A stretch of DNA of 64,000 bases from Candidatus Omnitrophota bacterium. Lineage in GTDB: Bacteria; Omnitrophota; Gorgyraeia; Zapsychrales; Zapsychraceae. The stretch's first letter is position 1. Each line of letters begins with the position of its first letter. Position numbers and translations under genes: made by a program. A model generated the notes under the pieces. It did no database searches. It saw only the letters and a list, made by a program, of their open reading frames with translations, and had not been told where the DNA came from. The stretch spans positions 3,235 to 67,234 of the forward strand of contig JADFYE010000001.1 of NCBI GenBank assembly GCA_015233195.1, given 5' to 3'. Shown here piece after piece: positions 18,071 to 27,360 of the stretch.

Positions 18071-18424
18071 ATGAGGGTTATTTATTTTCTTACGGATTCG
18101 GGGCGCAAGCCAGTTTAAGAGTTTGTTAATGATTTGAATATTCGCTCTAAAAGAAAATTTGTTGATTCAGTGGGGTTATTAGAGTGTTTTGGTAGAGGGT
18201 TAGCAATGCCCCATGCTAAATATATAGGCGACGAAATTTTCGAGTTAAGATTTGAAAGTGTTGAAGGCTCTATTAGAGTTTTGTATTTCTTTTTTGATGG
18301 GGATAAGGCGGTTTTGACAAATGGGTTTGTTAAGAAATCAAATAGGACACCAAATAAGGAAAAGGCGACTGCCATATCAAGACGTGCAATTTATTTTCAG
18401 AAAAACATAGGAGAGAATTTATGA
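18071..18424 (+). pseudogene. HigB/Gp49-like (RelE superfamily) toxin interrupted by an in-frame TAA at codon 16
   Basis: ATG 18071 gives MRVIYFLTDSGRKPV, then TAA (18116-18118), then in the same frame EFVNDLNIRSKRKFVDSVGLLECFGRGLAMPHAKYIGDEIFELRF...VLTNGFVKKSNRTPNKE. This is the Gp49/HigB family pattern (PV-x-EF, ELR, GFxKK). The ORF-track entry 18134-18424 is the downstream part of the same frame. Confidence 0.7.
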
Positions 18425-18747
18425 AAGAATATACTTTTAAAGATCATTTGAAGGAGATGTTAAAAGATCCATACTTTAAAGAACTGTACGAATTGGATCA
18501 ACAAAAGTTGGAGGTTGTAAAGAAAATCATTGCTTACCGTATTAAGCATAAATTGAATCAAAGACAATTGGCAAAACAAATTGGTATTACTCAACAGCAT
18601 ATTTCTAAGATTGAAAATGGGGAGTTTAGCAGCGTGTCAACTCTCGAGAAAGTCTTGTTAGGTATTGGGTATTCAGTAAGAATTCAAGCTGTACCTTTAA
18701 GAGGTAAAATAAAAAATCGATTGAATAAGGTTTTATCAAAAAATTAG
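18421..18747 (+). CDS. XRE-family HTH antitoxin (HigA-like)
   Basis: 108 aa. HTH LNQRQLAKQIGITQQHISKIENGE. 4-nt overlap with the toxin frame. Confidence 0.8.
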   Translation: MKEYTFKDHLKEMLKDPYFKELYELDQQKLEVVKKIIAYRIKHKLNQRQLAKQIGITQQHISKIENGEFSSVSTLEKVLLGIGYSVRIQAVPLRGKIKNRLNKVLSKN

Positions 18748-18805
18748 AATCAATTCTGTTAGGGACAATTAATTTTATAAATTTTAAATTTAAGGTTAAA
18801 TATAA

Positions 18806-19758
18806 ATGCTTTCAACGTGGTATCAAATAGTTATATTCTTAGTTTTTATTCCGCAGTTATGTTTTGCCCAAGTTGTTAGCCATCCATTTATTCCTCGAGA
18901 GGGAAAGTTGTTGATCATTGGTCAGCAGAAAGACGCGATCGAGGAGTATGTTAAGAGTACCAAGGTTATTCCCGGCGGATTTATGGTTTATACTTCGATT
19001 CAGATAATGGACGCGTTAGATAGACCAGGAAATCATGGGGCAGGTATACAGCATGCTCAATATTATATAAAACGTTATCCAGATACGGTGATACAGCTTG
19101 GTTTGTATATGGTCGGAGCTGTAGATAAAATTTTAACCGGAATGTATGATGATAATATTTTAAAGTTAGCTAAGTGGATGAAAAAAGCTCAGCGTCCGAT
19201 TTATTTTCGGATCGGGTATGAATTTGATTTACCGGATAATCGGTATGATCCTAAAAAATATCAGCAAGCATATCGATATATTGTTGATCGCTTAAGGAAT
19301 CAAGGGGTTAACAATGTTGCTTATGTTTGGCATTCCGCAGCTATGATGGAATCTAAGGGAATTTTATGGATTGGTATCCGGGCGATGATTATGTGGATTG
19401 GTTTGCGGTATCAATATTTGATTCAATGCAGATTAATACTGCTAATAATTTTGCGACTTTAGCGAGGGAGCATAAGAAATCTTTTATGATTGCTGAGTCT
19501 ACGCCAGTAGGATTAATTTCTACTAAGAGTAAAAAGGAGTGGTTTAAGCATTACTTTGATTTTATTGATCAAAATGACGTAAAAATTGTTTGTTACATTA
19601 ATAGCGATTGGAATATATATCCGCTTTTTCGTAGCATGCGCTGGGGTGATTCTCGAATTCAAAGAGATCCGGAAATTAAAAAGTTGTGGGTCGAGAAAAC
19701 GGTTAGCGGTTACTTGCAATCTTCACAGGATTTATTTAAGAAATTAGATTATCCATAA
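18806..19758 (+). pseudogene. GH26-like (clan GH-A) glycoside hydrolase, frameshifted
   Basis: Two overlapping ORFs (18806-19462 and 19366-19758) together give one hydrolase: signal peptide, FRIGYEFD, VAYVWHSAA, a frame switch, then DWYPGDDYVDWFAVSIFD and FMIAESTPVG. The frame-2 stop TAA at 19354-19356 confines the shift to 19357-19365 (gggaatttt). Confidence 0.65.
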
Positions 19759-19852
19759 TTTGATTTTTTTGTAAAAAAACTGTAAGACTCGCCTTAAATG
19801 ATGTAAATTAATAATATTACTAATAGGTTTGGTTCCTCAGGGGGAGGATATC

Positions 19853-21550
19853 ATGACGCAAGAAAAATTTCCTTTAGGAAAAATGCTCATTGAGCGGGGG
19901 ATTATTACTCAAGAGAATTTAGATGCCGCTTTACGTAAGCAAAAAGAAAAAGGCGGATTACTCGGCGCGATTTTGATTGAACTGGGGTTTGTGACGGAAG
20001 AAAAAATATTTTTGCCGGTTTTAGCCGGTCAGATGGGCGTAGATTTTATTAATTTGAAGGAAATGAATATCCCTCCGCAGGTAATTGGAAAAGTCCCTGC
20101 CAAGTCAGCGATGTATTACAAAATAATCCCATTTGATATTAAAGATAATGTGCTGCATATAGCTACTACCCAGCCGCTTGACGTGGCTTTTCTCGACGAA
20201 ATCAGCTTAGTAGTGGACATGAAATTATCCGCGCACCTTTCTAGTGAAAAAGATATTGCCGAACACATCCGTAAATATTACGGAGTGGGTGCTGAAACTA
20301 TTGAAAAAATGATGGGTTCAGTACAGGTGACAGAAGAAGAGGAAAGTGAATCTATCCTCGAGGAAATTGATTCAGAAGCCTCAATCGGTAAATTCATCAA
20401 TCAGATAATTATTGAAGCGCATAAAGAACACGCAACTGACGTGCATATTGAGCCGTTTGAGGATGAGTTAAAGGTGCGTTACCGGGTGGATGGATTGTTG
20501 AAAGACGCGAAAGTTCCGGGGAATTTAAAAATATTTAAAGAGGCAATTAACTCCCGCATTAAGATTTTATCAAATTTAAATATCGCGGAAAAACGTATAC
20601 CTCAGGACGGCAGGTTTAAGGTAAGAGTCAAGGACATAGATATTGATTTGCGGGTTTCTTTTATTCCGTGCACTTTTGGCGAGAGCGTGGTGCTGCGGCT
20701 TTTGAACACTTCACAGTTGTTCCAGTTAAAAGATTTGGGTTTGGCAGAAAAAGAATTGGCTATATTGGAAGATTTGATTTTAAAGCCGCATGGCATTGTT
20801 TTCTTAACTGGTCCGACGGGAAGCGGAAAGACTACTACTTTGTATTCTTGTTTGTCCAGGGTTAACACTGAAGATAAAAAAATCATTACTATTGAGGATC
20901 CGGTTGAATATCAGTTAAAAGGGATAATTCAAATTCAGGTAAATGCGAAAGTTGGGCTGACTTTTGCGCAAGGTTTGCGTTCATGCTTGCGCCATGATCC
21001 GGATATTATGATGGTCGGTGAGGTTCGGGATTTGGAGACTGCGCAAATCGCCATTCAATCCGCTTTGACTGGGCATCTCATATTTTCGACGCTGCATACT
21101 AATGACGCGGTCGGTGGTATAGCTCGTCTTTCAGATATGGGGGTTGAGCCGTATCTTATTACTTCTACAGTTGAATGTTTTATCGCACAGCGTTTATTAC
21201 GGGTTTTGTGTCCCCGCTGTAAAAAAATAATGAAAGTTACGCCGGAAATGACACGTGAGTTGGGTAGTTATGCGTCGTCAGTATATTCGGTTTATGAACC
21301 GGTAGGTTGTGAATTTTGTCATCATACTGGGTTTAGTGGACGGGTGCCGATCTATGAATTTTTGGTTATGTCCGACGATATTAGGGTACTGGTCATGAAA
21401 AACGTATCAAGTATGACTATTAAAGAAAAAGCTATTGCTAATGGTATGAAAACTTTATGGGATTCTGGCGTTGAAAAAGTAAGATTAGGTATGACTGCTT
21501 TATCTGAAGTGGTGCGGGTGGTAAAGGGTGATGAGGAAGCCGGAACATGA
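19853..21550 (+). CDS. gspE: Type II secretion / type IV pilus assembly ATPase (GspE/PilB/MshE family) with MshEN-type N-terminal domain
   Basis: Start moved to ATG 19853 (GGAGG SD). Walker A GPTGSGKTTT, HDPDIMMVGEVRD, and tetracysteine CPRC...CEFC. The N-terminus carries two LGxxLIxxG(I/F)(I/V)xxxxLxxxLxxQ-like repeats. Confidence 0.85.
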   Translation: MTQEKFPLGKMLIERGIITQENLDAALRKQKEKGGLLGAILIELGFVTEEKIFLPVLAGQMGVDFINLKEMNIPPQVIGKVPAKSAMYYKIIPFDIKDNVLHIATTQPLDVAFLDEISLVVDMKLSAHLSSEKDIAEHIRKYYGVGAETIEKMMGSVQVTEEEESESILEEIDSEASIGKFINQIIIEAHKEHATDVHIEPFEDELKVRYRVDGLLKDAKVPGNLKIFKEAINSRIKILSNLNIAEKRIPQDGRFKVRVKDIDIDLRVSFIPCTFGESVVLRLLNTSQLFQLKDLGLAEKELAILEDLILKPHGIVFLTGPTGSGKTTTLYSCLSRVNTEDKKIITIEDPVEYQLKGIIQIQVNAKVGLTFAQGLRSCLRHDPDIMMVGEVRDLETAQIAIQSALTGHLIFSTLHTNDAVGGIARLSDMGVEPYLITSTVECFIAQRLLRVLCPRCKKIMKVTPEMTRELGSYASSVYSVYEPVGCEFCHHTGFSGRVPIYEFLVMSDDIRVLVMKNVSSMTIKEKAIANGMKTLWDSGVEKVRLGMTALSEVVRVVKGDEEAGT

Positions 21551-22785
21551 AACGATTTTATTATAAAGCGAAAGAAGGCGTTAATAGTATTGTAGAGGGA
21601 GAGATTGATGCGTTGTCGAGGGAACAGGCTATAGCGCAATTAGTACAAAAAAAATTAGCGCCTTTATTAGTGCAGGATGCGATTGAAAAAAAAGAGCTGG
21701 TTGCTGGAAATAAAGAACATTTTTTTAGCGGTGTTAATTTGTTTGCGTCGAGGGTTAGGGGCAAGGATGTGGTCTTGTTCACCCGTCAAATGAGCGATCT
21801 GATCGCTGCTGCAGTACCGATATTAAAGGCTTTGCAGGTAGTAGAACGTCAGACTCATCATCCGTATTTTAAAGAATTTATTCAAAAGATGAGCGCGATG
21901 GTTAGGGATGGCGCGTCTTTCTCCGACGCTTTGTCGTCTTATAAAAATATATTTTCCGGTCTTTATATAAATATGGTCAAGACCGGCGAGCTTTCCGGTA
22001 AATTAGAAATAACTTTGGAGCGTCTGGCAGATCATTTAGAAAAAGATTTGGACACAAAAGGAAAGATTGCCGGGAGCCTGGCGTATCCTTTATTCATTTT
22101 AGGCGTGGGAGCAGTAACAGTATTTGTGCTGTTGTCGTTTGTTATTCCCCGGCTATCAGTTATATTCGACGACATGGATCAGGCATTGCCTCTTCCGACT
22201 AAGATAATGTTGAATATGAGCAGTTTTTTTGCGGCTTATTGGTGGGCAATTCTGACTGTGGTTGTTACTGCAGTAATATTTATTATGCAATGGGGGAAGA
22301 GTGATCAGGGGAGGATTTGGCTGGATCGGCAGAAATTGCATTTGCCTCTTATCGGAGAATTTATTAAGCAGGCAGAGATCGGCAGGTTTGCCCGGACGCT
22401 GGCAACTATGCTGGATACGGGTGTATCGATTACAGTATCTTTAAAAGCCACAGCGATGATGATTGAAAACGTAATTTTACGGGAACAGATCGTCCATATA
22501 TCAGATCTGGTGGCAAATGGTATGAGTTTACGCAACGCGGTAGCACAGACAAAATTTATTCCGGAGATGGCTGCAAATATGATTTCAGTCGGAGAGGAAA
22601 CCGGAAAGCTGGAAAAGGGGCTTTATAAAGTTGCGGATGTCTATGATAAACAAACTGCGGAGTCTATGAAAACCGCGGTGTCGCTTTTGGGACCGATGGT
22701 TTTAGTTTTTATCGTCGGGATGGTGGGGTTTGTGGTGATAGCGATGTTATTGCCGATAATGAATATGAACATGATGGTGAAATAA
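21547..22785 (+). CDS. gspF: Type II secretion / T4P inner-membrane platform protein (GspF/PilC family)
   Basis: 412 aa. Duplicated GspF domain (FTRQMSDLIAAAVPILKAL and FARTLATMLDTGVSITVSL) with three hydrophobic spans. 4-nt overlap with gspE. Confidence 0.85.
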   Translation: MKRFYYKAKEGVNSIVEGEIDALSREQAIAQLVQKKLAPLLVQDAIEKKELVAGNKEHFFSGVNLFASRVRGKDVVLFTRQMSDLIAAAVPILKALQVVERQTHHPYFKEFIQKMSAMVRDGASFSDALSSYKNIFSGLYINMVKTGELSGKLEITLERLADHLEKDLDTKGKIAGSLAYPLFILGVGAVTVFVLLSFVIPRLSVIFDDMDQALPLPTKIMLNMSSFFAAYWWAILTVVVTAVIFIMQWGKSDQGRIWLDRQKLHLPLIGEFIKQAEIGRFARTLATMLDTGVSITVSLKATAMMIENVILREQIVHISDLVANGMSLRNAVAQTKFIPEMAANMISVGEETGKLEKGLYKVADVYDKQTAESMKTAVSLLGPMVLVFIVGMVGFVVIAMLLPIMNMNMMVK

Positions 22786-22799
22786 AAAAGAGAGGCTGT

Positions 22800-23231
22800 A
22801 TGGATAAAAAAGGGTTTACTTTGGTTGAGATTTTGTTAGTGGTGGTTATTATTGGTATTCTGGCGGCTATGGTTATTCCGAATATGGCTGGACGGAGTGA
22901 ACAGGCTCGTCAGGCAGCAGCTAAGGCGGACATAGAAGCGAATTTATCAACCTCTTTGGATCTTTATGAGGCGGATAATGGGAAATACCCGACCACTGAA
23001 CAAGGATTAAAAGCTTTATTGGTAAAGCCTACTACAGGTCCGGCTGCTGATAATTGGAGCGGTCCGTATTTGAAAAGAAAAAAAATACCAACTGATCCTT
23101 GGGGGCATGATTATGTTTACGCGGCGCCAGGATCGCATAATCCAACTGAATATGATCTGTCTTCGCTTGGTCCCGACGGAGTGGAAAGCGCTGATGATGT
23201 GGTGAATTGGATGAAAGATGATAAGAAATAA
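22800..23231 (+). CDS. gspG: Major pseudopilin GspG
   Basis: 143 aa. Prepilin leader MDKKG/FTLVEILLVVVIIGILAAMVIPN, and C-terminal GPYL...PTDPWGHDYVY, which is characteristic of T2SS GspG. Confidence 0.85.
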   Translation: MDKKGFTLVEILLVVVIIGILAAMVIPNMAGRSEQARQAAAKADIEANLSTSLDLYEADNGKYPTTEQGLKALLVKPTTGPAADNWSGPYLKRKKIPTDPWGHDYVYAAPGSHNPTEYDLSSLGPDGVESADDVVNWMKDDKK

Positions 23232-23799
23232 ATTTGCTTTTACTATGATTGAGCTTTTGCTGGTCATGGTTATATTAGCGGTTATTACGGCATTAGCCAT
23301 TCCAAATTTACGCAATACTCAAAGCGGGGTTTTATTGCAAAGAGCATCCGAGGATTTGCGGCAAACTATGCGTTACGCGCAATTGACTGCTATAGCTAAA
23401 GCTGAACCTATCCGATTATCATTTTCAAAAGATCTTGATACCTATCAGATATTAGAACCCGCCGAAGAGACTAAAACAACAAAACCAGAGGTGCAGCGTC
23501 AATATTTTGATGAAAATGGAAAATTGGTTTCTGAGATGGCTCAAAATTGGAATAAGGATAATGAGCAGATCGAATATGTTCCTATTAAGGGGCGCATGGG
23601 TCAGCTATATCATGTTCAAGGTGGGGTTAAAATAGTTTTTGATAAAGAGTATGTGGAGTTTTTTCCTGACGGCAGAGCTGATAAAATAAATATATCAGTT
23701 TGTCAAAACTCGCAATGTTACGAGCTGTCTACTAAAAAACAACGCGGTTTAATTTCGTTAGAAAAAATCGGGAATAATGATGAAGTTAAAAAAAATTAA
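23218..23799 (+). CDS. Minor pseudopilin, GspH-like
   Basis: 193 aa. N-terminus MIRNKFA/FTMIELLLVMVILAVITALAIPN (Ala at position -1). Position after gspG. Confidence 0.5.
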   Translation: MIRNKFAFTMIELLLVMVILAVITALAIPNLRNTQSGVLLQRASEDLRQTMRYAQLTAIAKAEPIRLSFSKDLDTYQILEPAEETKTTKPEVQRQYFDENGKLVSEMAQNWNKDNEQIEYVPIKGRMGQLYHVQGGVKIVFDKEYVEFFPDGRADKINISVCQNSQCYELSTKKQRGLISLEKIGNNDEVKKN

Positions 23800-24199
23800 A
23801 AATATTCACGGGTCAGTATTGGCTGAAGTTTTAATATCAGTTGTGATTATTTCAATATCGCTGACAGTTATCATCCAGAGCATGAGCCTGGGAATGCGGT
23901 CTTCAAAAATGGCAGCAGATTATGTGTTGGCGTCGGTATTATGGGATAATTATCTGCGGGTTGCGGACCGGGACGGTTATGATAACCGGACTTCAGTTAA
24001 GGGTGAAGGGTTATTAGAGGGATTTAGGCTGGAGACCAGCATAGCGGATATTTGGTCGGATGAGGGGTCAAAAAATAATGAGGTTAAGCTTGAGTTTAAA
24101 AAATTAGACGTGAAATTGCTTTGGGGACAGGAAAGTAAGGAGCGCAAGTATTCTGCGGAAACGTATTTGGTTGAGAGGATTGATAATGGCGCAAAATAA
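23777..24199 (+). CDS. Minor pseudopilin, GspI-like
   Basis: 140 aa. N-terminus ...NIHG/SVLAEVLISVVIISISL with Glu at +5. Size and position fit GspI. Confidence 0.45.
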   Translation: MMKLKKIKNIHGSVLAEVLISVVIISISLTVIIQSMSLGMRSSKMAADYVLASVLWDNYLRVADRDGYDNRTSVKGEGLLEGFRLETSIADIWSDEGSKNNEVKLEFKKLDVKLLWGQESKERKYSAETYLVERIDNGAK

Positions 24200-24830
24200 G
24201 AGGATTTCAAAATGCGGGTTTACTATGGTCGAAGTTCTGCTGGCGTTAACTATATTAAGTATAGTGGGGGTTTGCTTGTTCAGTGTTTTTGCTGGCGGGA
24301 TTAAAATCTCAAAATATGCAACTTCAAAGGATGGGTTTAATCATGAAGTATATTGGGTTTCGCGTTTATTAAGTTCAGACTTGGAAAATGCGGTGTTTGT
24401 AAAATTAAAAGACGCGAGTGGTGCGGAACAAAATTTGTTTCAGGGACAGGAGAACAGTTTTACTTTGGCAGAAGATACTGATACCGGGTTGAAAACTATT
24501 AAGTATTATCTTAGCGAAGCTGACAGTAAGGGAATGGCTAGTTTATTGAGGGAAGAAAAGGATTTTGTGACTGATGAAGATAAGGATAAAAATGTTCCTG
24601 AGGTTATAGCCTCTCACATTGCCCCGCAAGGGATACGTTTTGAATACGGATATCAGGAAAAAAATCAGCCTTTAGAATGGAGAAGTTCATGGGCTTTGGC
24701 AGGGGTGCCTATGAAAATGCGGGCAGATATAGACTTTGTTATCGATCCTCAGGTTCAGAAAAAACAAACTTTGACACTTGAATTATTTTGCCCAAGCGGT
24801 ATTTTGAATGAAAATGATAAGTCTAAATAG
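24186..24830 (+). CDS. Minor pseudopilin, GspJ-like
   Basis: ATG 24186 gives MAQNKRISKCG/FTMVEVLLALTILSIV. The ORF-track start is TTG at 24171. Size and position fit GspJ. Confidence 0.5.
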   Translation: MAQNKRISKCGFTMVEVLLALTILSIVGVCLFSVFAGGIKISKYATSKDGFNHEVYWVSRLLSSDLENAVFVKLKDASGAEQNLFQGQENSFTLAEDTDTGLKTIKYYLSEADSKGMASLLREEKDFVTDEDKDKNVPEVIASHIAPQGIRFEYGYQEKNQPLEWRSSWALAGVPMKMRADIDFVIDPQVQKKQTLTLELFCPSGILNENDKSK

Positions 24831-25920
24831 TAATATAAAAAAATCTTTATTATTGTCAGGCAGGTTTAACCGTTCTGGTATAATATTGGTAGCATCATTA
24901 TGGGTCGTGATAATTCTGGTTATTATCGCGGTTGGTTTGTCGCATAAGACCAGCGTGGACTTGGCTTTTGGTAAATTTGTGTTTGCTAAAAGTCAGGCGG
25001 CTTATGCTGCGCGGGCAGGGATAAGTTATGCTTTACGCGAAATACGGGATAATAAATCCGACGGAAATCCAGCTGATGTAGATACTCATTACGCGTGCGG
25101 GGTGAATTTAAAAGACGGTCAAAGCATTGAACAGAAGTGGAAAGATATACCGTTAGAAAACGGCAGTCATTTTACTATAGTTTATAAAGAACAGACGGAT
25201 CACGGCATTAAGAAATATCTTGGATTAGCGGATGAAGAGCGCAAAATTAATATTAATGCTATCATGCCGCAAGATGTTGGTATTTTAAAGTTTCTTTTGA
25301 CTTTGCAAGGTGTTGGAGAGGAAGACGCGCATATTGCCGCAGCCTCGATTATTGATTGGAAAGATCCGGATGAAGAAATTACAGATGGTTCGTATGGGGC
25401 TGAGACGGAATTTTATAAAAGTCAGGGGAGTGGATATGTGGCAAAAAACGCGCCGTTCGATTCCGTCGGAGAATTGCGTTTGGTCAGAGGCGTTACTCCT
25501 GAAATATTTGATAAGTTAAAAGATCTGGTCACGGTTTTTCCAAAAGAAGGACGGTTCCAGATAAACGCTAACACAGCGTCGCCAGTGGTTATAAAAGCAG
25601 TGGTTAGTTCAGTAGTCGGTCCAGCCACGAATACTGATGAAGCTGAAGTTTTATCTTTAATGGATAAGATTATAGAATTGCGGAATGGAGAAGACGGGGT
25701 TTTACATACAGCGGATGATCGTCCGATCGACGAGAAAGATCTTCCGTTAAATGCAAAAGAAAAAACTTTGTTTTATTATTTGATGCAGTATCATGCGCCT
25801 AAGTCGCGGTTTTTTAGAATAACTTCTGAAGGGGTGGCTGGTACGCGTCAGGTTAAAAGCCGGATAACCGCAGTGGTTAACCAGGAAGATTTTTCTACTG
25901 TATATTGGTTTCAAGATTAA
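24808..25920 (+). CDS. Minor pseudopilin GspK-like
   Basis: 370 aa. Hydrophobic N-terminus RSGIILVASLWVVIILVIIAVGL without the +5 Glu, and an internal helix-hairpin-helix-like FDSVGELRLVRGVTPEIFDKLKDLVTVF, as in T2SS protein K. Confidence 0.6.
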   Translation: MKMISLNSNIKKSLLLSGRFNRSGIILVASLWVVIILVIIAVGLSHKTSVDLAFGKFVFAKSQAAYAARAGISYALREIRDNKSDGNPADVDTHYACGVNLKDGQSIEQKWKDIPLENGSHFTIVYKEQTDHGIKKYLGLADEERKININAIMPQDVGILKFLLTLQGVGEEDAHIAAASIIDWKDPDEEITDGSYGAETEFYKSQGSGYVAKNAPFDSVGELRLVRGVTPEIFDKLKDLVTVFPKEGRFQINANTASPVVIKAVVSSVVGPATNTDEAEVLSLMDKIIELRNGEDGVLHTADDRPIDEKDLPLNAKEKTLFYYLMQYHAPKSRFFRITSEGVAGTRQVKSRITAVVNQEDFSTVYWFQD

Positions 25921-25929
25921 GGGCGGGGG

Positions 25930-27360
25930 ATGGCGAAAAATATTTTTTCAGTTATAGAGATCACCGACAGCCACGTAAAAATGGTTCAGTCCCGTATTGG
26001 CAGGACTCCGCCAGAGATAATTCGTTGTCAGATCCGGCAAATCCACAATTTTACCGACGAAGAACTTCAAAAACATCTTACCGAGCTTTTATCGAATAGC
26101 AGTGTGCGCGAAGACCAAATGCGGGTAATCATTCCCAGACGGTTATGTATTTTAAAACATTTAGAATTTCCATCTGAAGATCCCCGCGAAATCCAGCAGA
26201 TGCTGGATATACAGTTAGTCAGTCAAATGCCGTATGCACTGGATGAGGTAATTTATAAATATCAGGTTTTGGAGCAAACCACATCTGGAACTGCGAAAGT
26301 TTTGGTGGTGATAGTCCACCGGGAAATTATAAAAAAGTATTTACAGTTATTCACTGCGATCGGGTTTAGGGTTTCAGATCTTACTTATAGCTCTTTTGGA
26401 TTGAATGAATGGTGGTCATATCAGTTAAAGGCGGATAATTTGCTCGAGGATCTGCCGGTATTATTGCTGAATATTGATTATAGCGGTTCAGAGTTGGCGT
26501 TTTGTTCAAAAGGTAAGGTTTGGTTTTCGCGGAATATTGATCCGGGGTTTAAGCATTTGGCTAATGGGAATTGGTTCGAGTTTGAAAATCAAATTCAATT
26601 GAGTTTGGCTTCATATAACAAAGCAAAAATGGGTCCGGAAATAAAACAAATTAAAATTATTAGCGCGTCGGTAGAGAGTGAAAAATTGAGCGGATATTTA
26701 AAAGAAAAATTCCGGTTGCCGGTAAACGTTGCAGTTTCATCAGCGTATTTTTCATTTGATAAGAAAATTAATGTTAACCAGGTAGAACAGCAAGGCATTT
26801 CAGTATCTGCTGCGCTAGGATCTTTGATCAGTTCCGCAGCCGGTTGGTTTAATTTAGTTCCAAAAGAAATAGGGGAGCAGAAACATTTAAAAGCTCGTCG
26901 GATTGAACTAATCAAGCTTTTATTTTTATTGGGCGTTTTATTTGGATTATGGATCGGTTACGAAGGTCTGGATTTGTTTTTTAAGTCTAAAACTTTAGCT
27001 AAAGTGCAAGTAAGAGTTGATCAGGTTAAACCACTTTTGAAAGACCAGGAGAAAAAACAGGCGCTGTTGGAGGCGTTGAAAGATCAGGAAGAAAAACGCA
27101 TATTCATGCCTGAATTATTAGCTTCAATTCAGAAGTTGGTAACTAACGAAATTTCTTTACGCAGTTTGTCGATTGATGGTCAGAGAAATTTAGTGATCAT
27201 GGGGTACGCAGAGAGTGGAACAGCGGTAAATATGTTTCAAGGTCGTCTAGTTCAGTCCAAGCAATTAAAAGACGTGAGTTTACAGTTTGCGACTAAACGG
27301 CGGATTTATAATATGGAATTAACTGATTTTAAGATTATTGCAAAAATAAAAAATAAGTGA
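25930..27360 (+). CDS. PilM-PilN fusion protein (GspL/MshI-like assembly component)
   Basis: 476 aa. N-terminal actin-like PilM-type region (FSVIEITDSHVKMVQ...), a mid-protein TM helix (LIKLLFLLGVLFGLWIGY), and a C-terminal PilN-like periplasmic part. Confidence 0.55.
   Translation: MAKNIFSVIEITDSHVKMVQSRIGRTPPEIIRCQIRQIHNFTDEELQKHLTELLSNSSVREDQMRVIIPRRLCILKHLEFPSEDPREIQQMLDIQLVSQMPYALDEVIYKYQVLEQTTSGTAKVLVVIVHREIIKKYLQLFTAIGFRVSDLTYSSFGLNEWWSYQLKADNLLEDLPVLLLNIDYSGSELAFCSKGKVWFSRNIDPGFKHLANGNWFEFENQIQLSLASYNKAKMGPEIKQIKIISASVESEKLSGYLKEKFRLPVNVAVSSAYFSFDKKINVNQVEQQGISVSAALGSLISSAAGWFNLVPKEIGEQKHLKARRIELIKLLFLLGVLFGLWIGYEGLDLFFKSKTLAKVQVRVDQVKPLLKDQEKKQALLEALKDQEEKRIFMPELLASIQKLVTNEISLRSLSIDGQRNLVIMGYAESGTAVNMFQGRLVQSKQLKDVSLQFATKRRIYNMELTDFKIIAKIKNK

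Noticed and set aside
18116-18118. Stop-codon reassignment as an explanation for the in-frame TAA in the toxin gene.
   Set aside because: TAA terminates many clearly complete genes in this window, and TGA and TAG also behave as stops. A single nonsense mutation is the simpler reading.
25310-26099. Alternative-frame ORFs 25310-25519, 25422-25628 and 25905-26099 inside or overlapping the gspK-like and pilMN genes.
   Set aside because: They are embedded in better-supported frames, have basic low-complexity composition and show no motifs.
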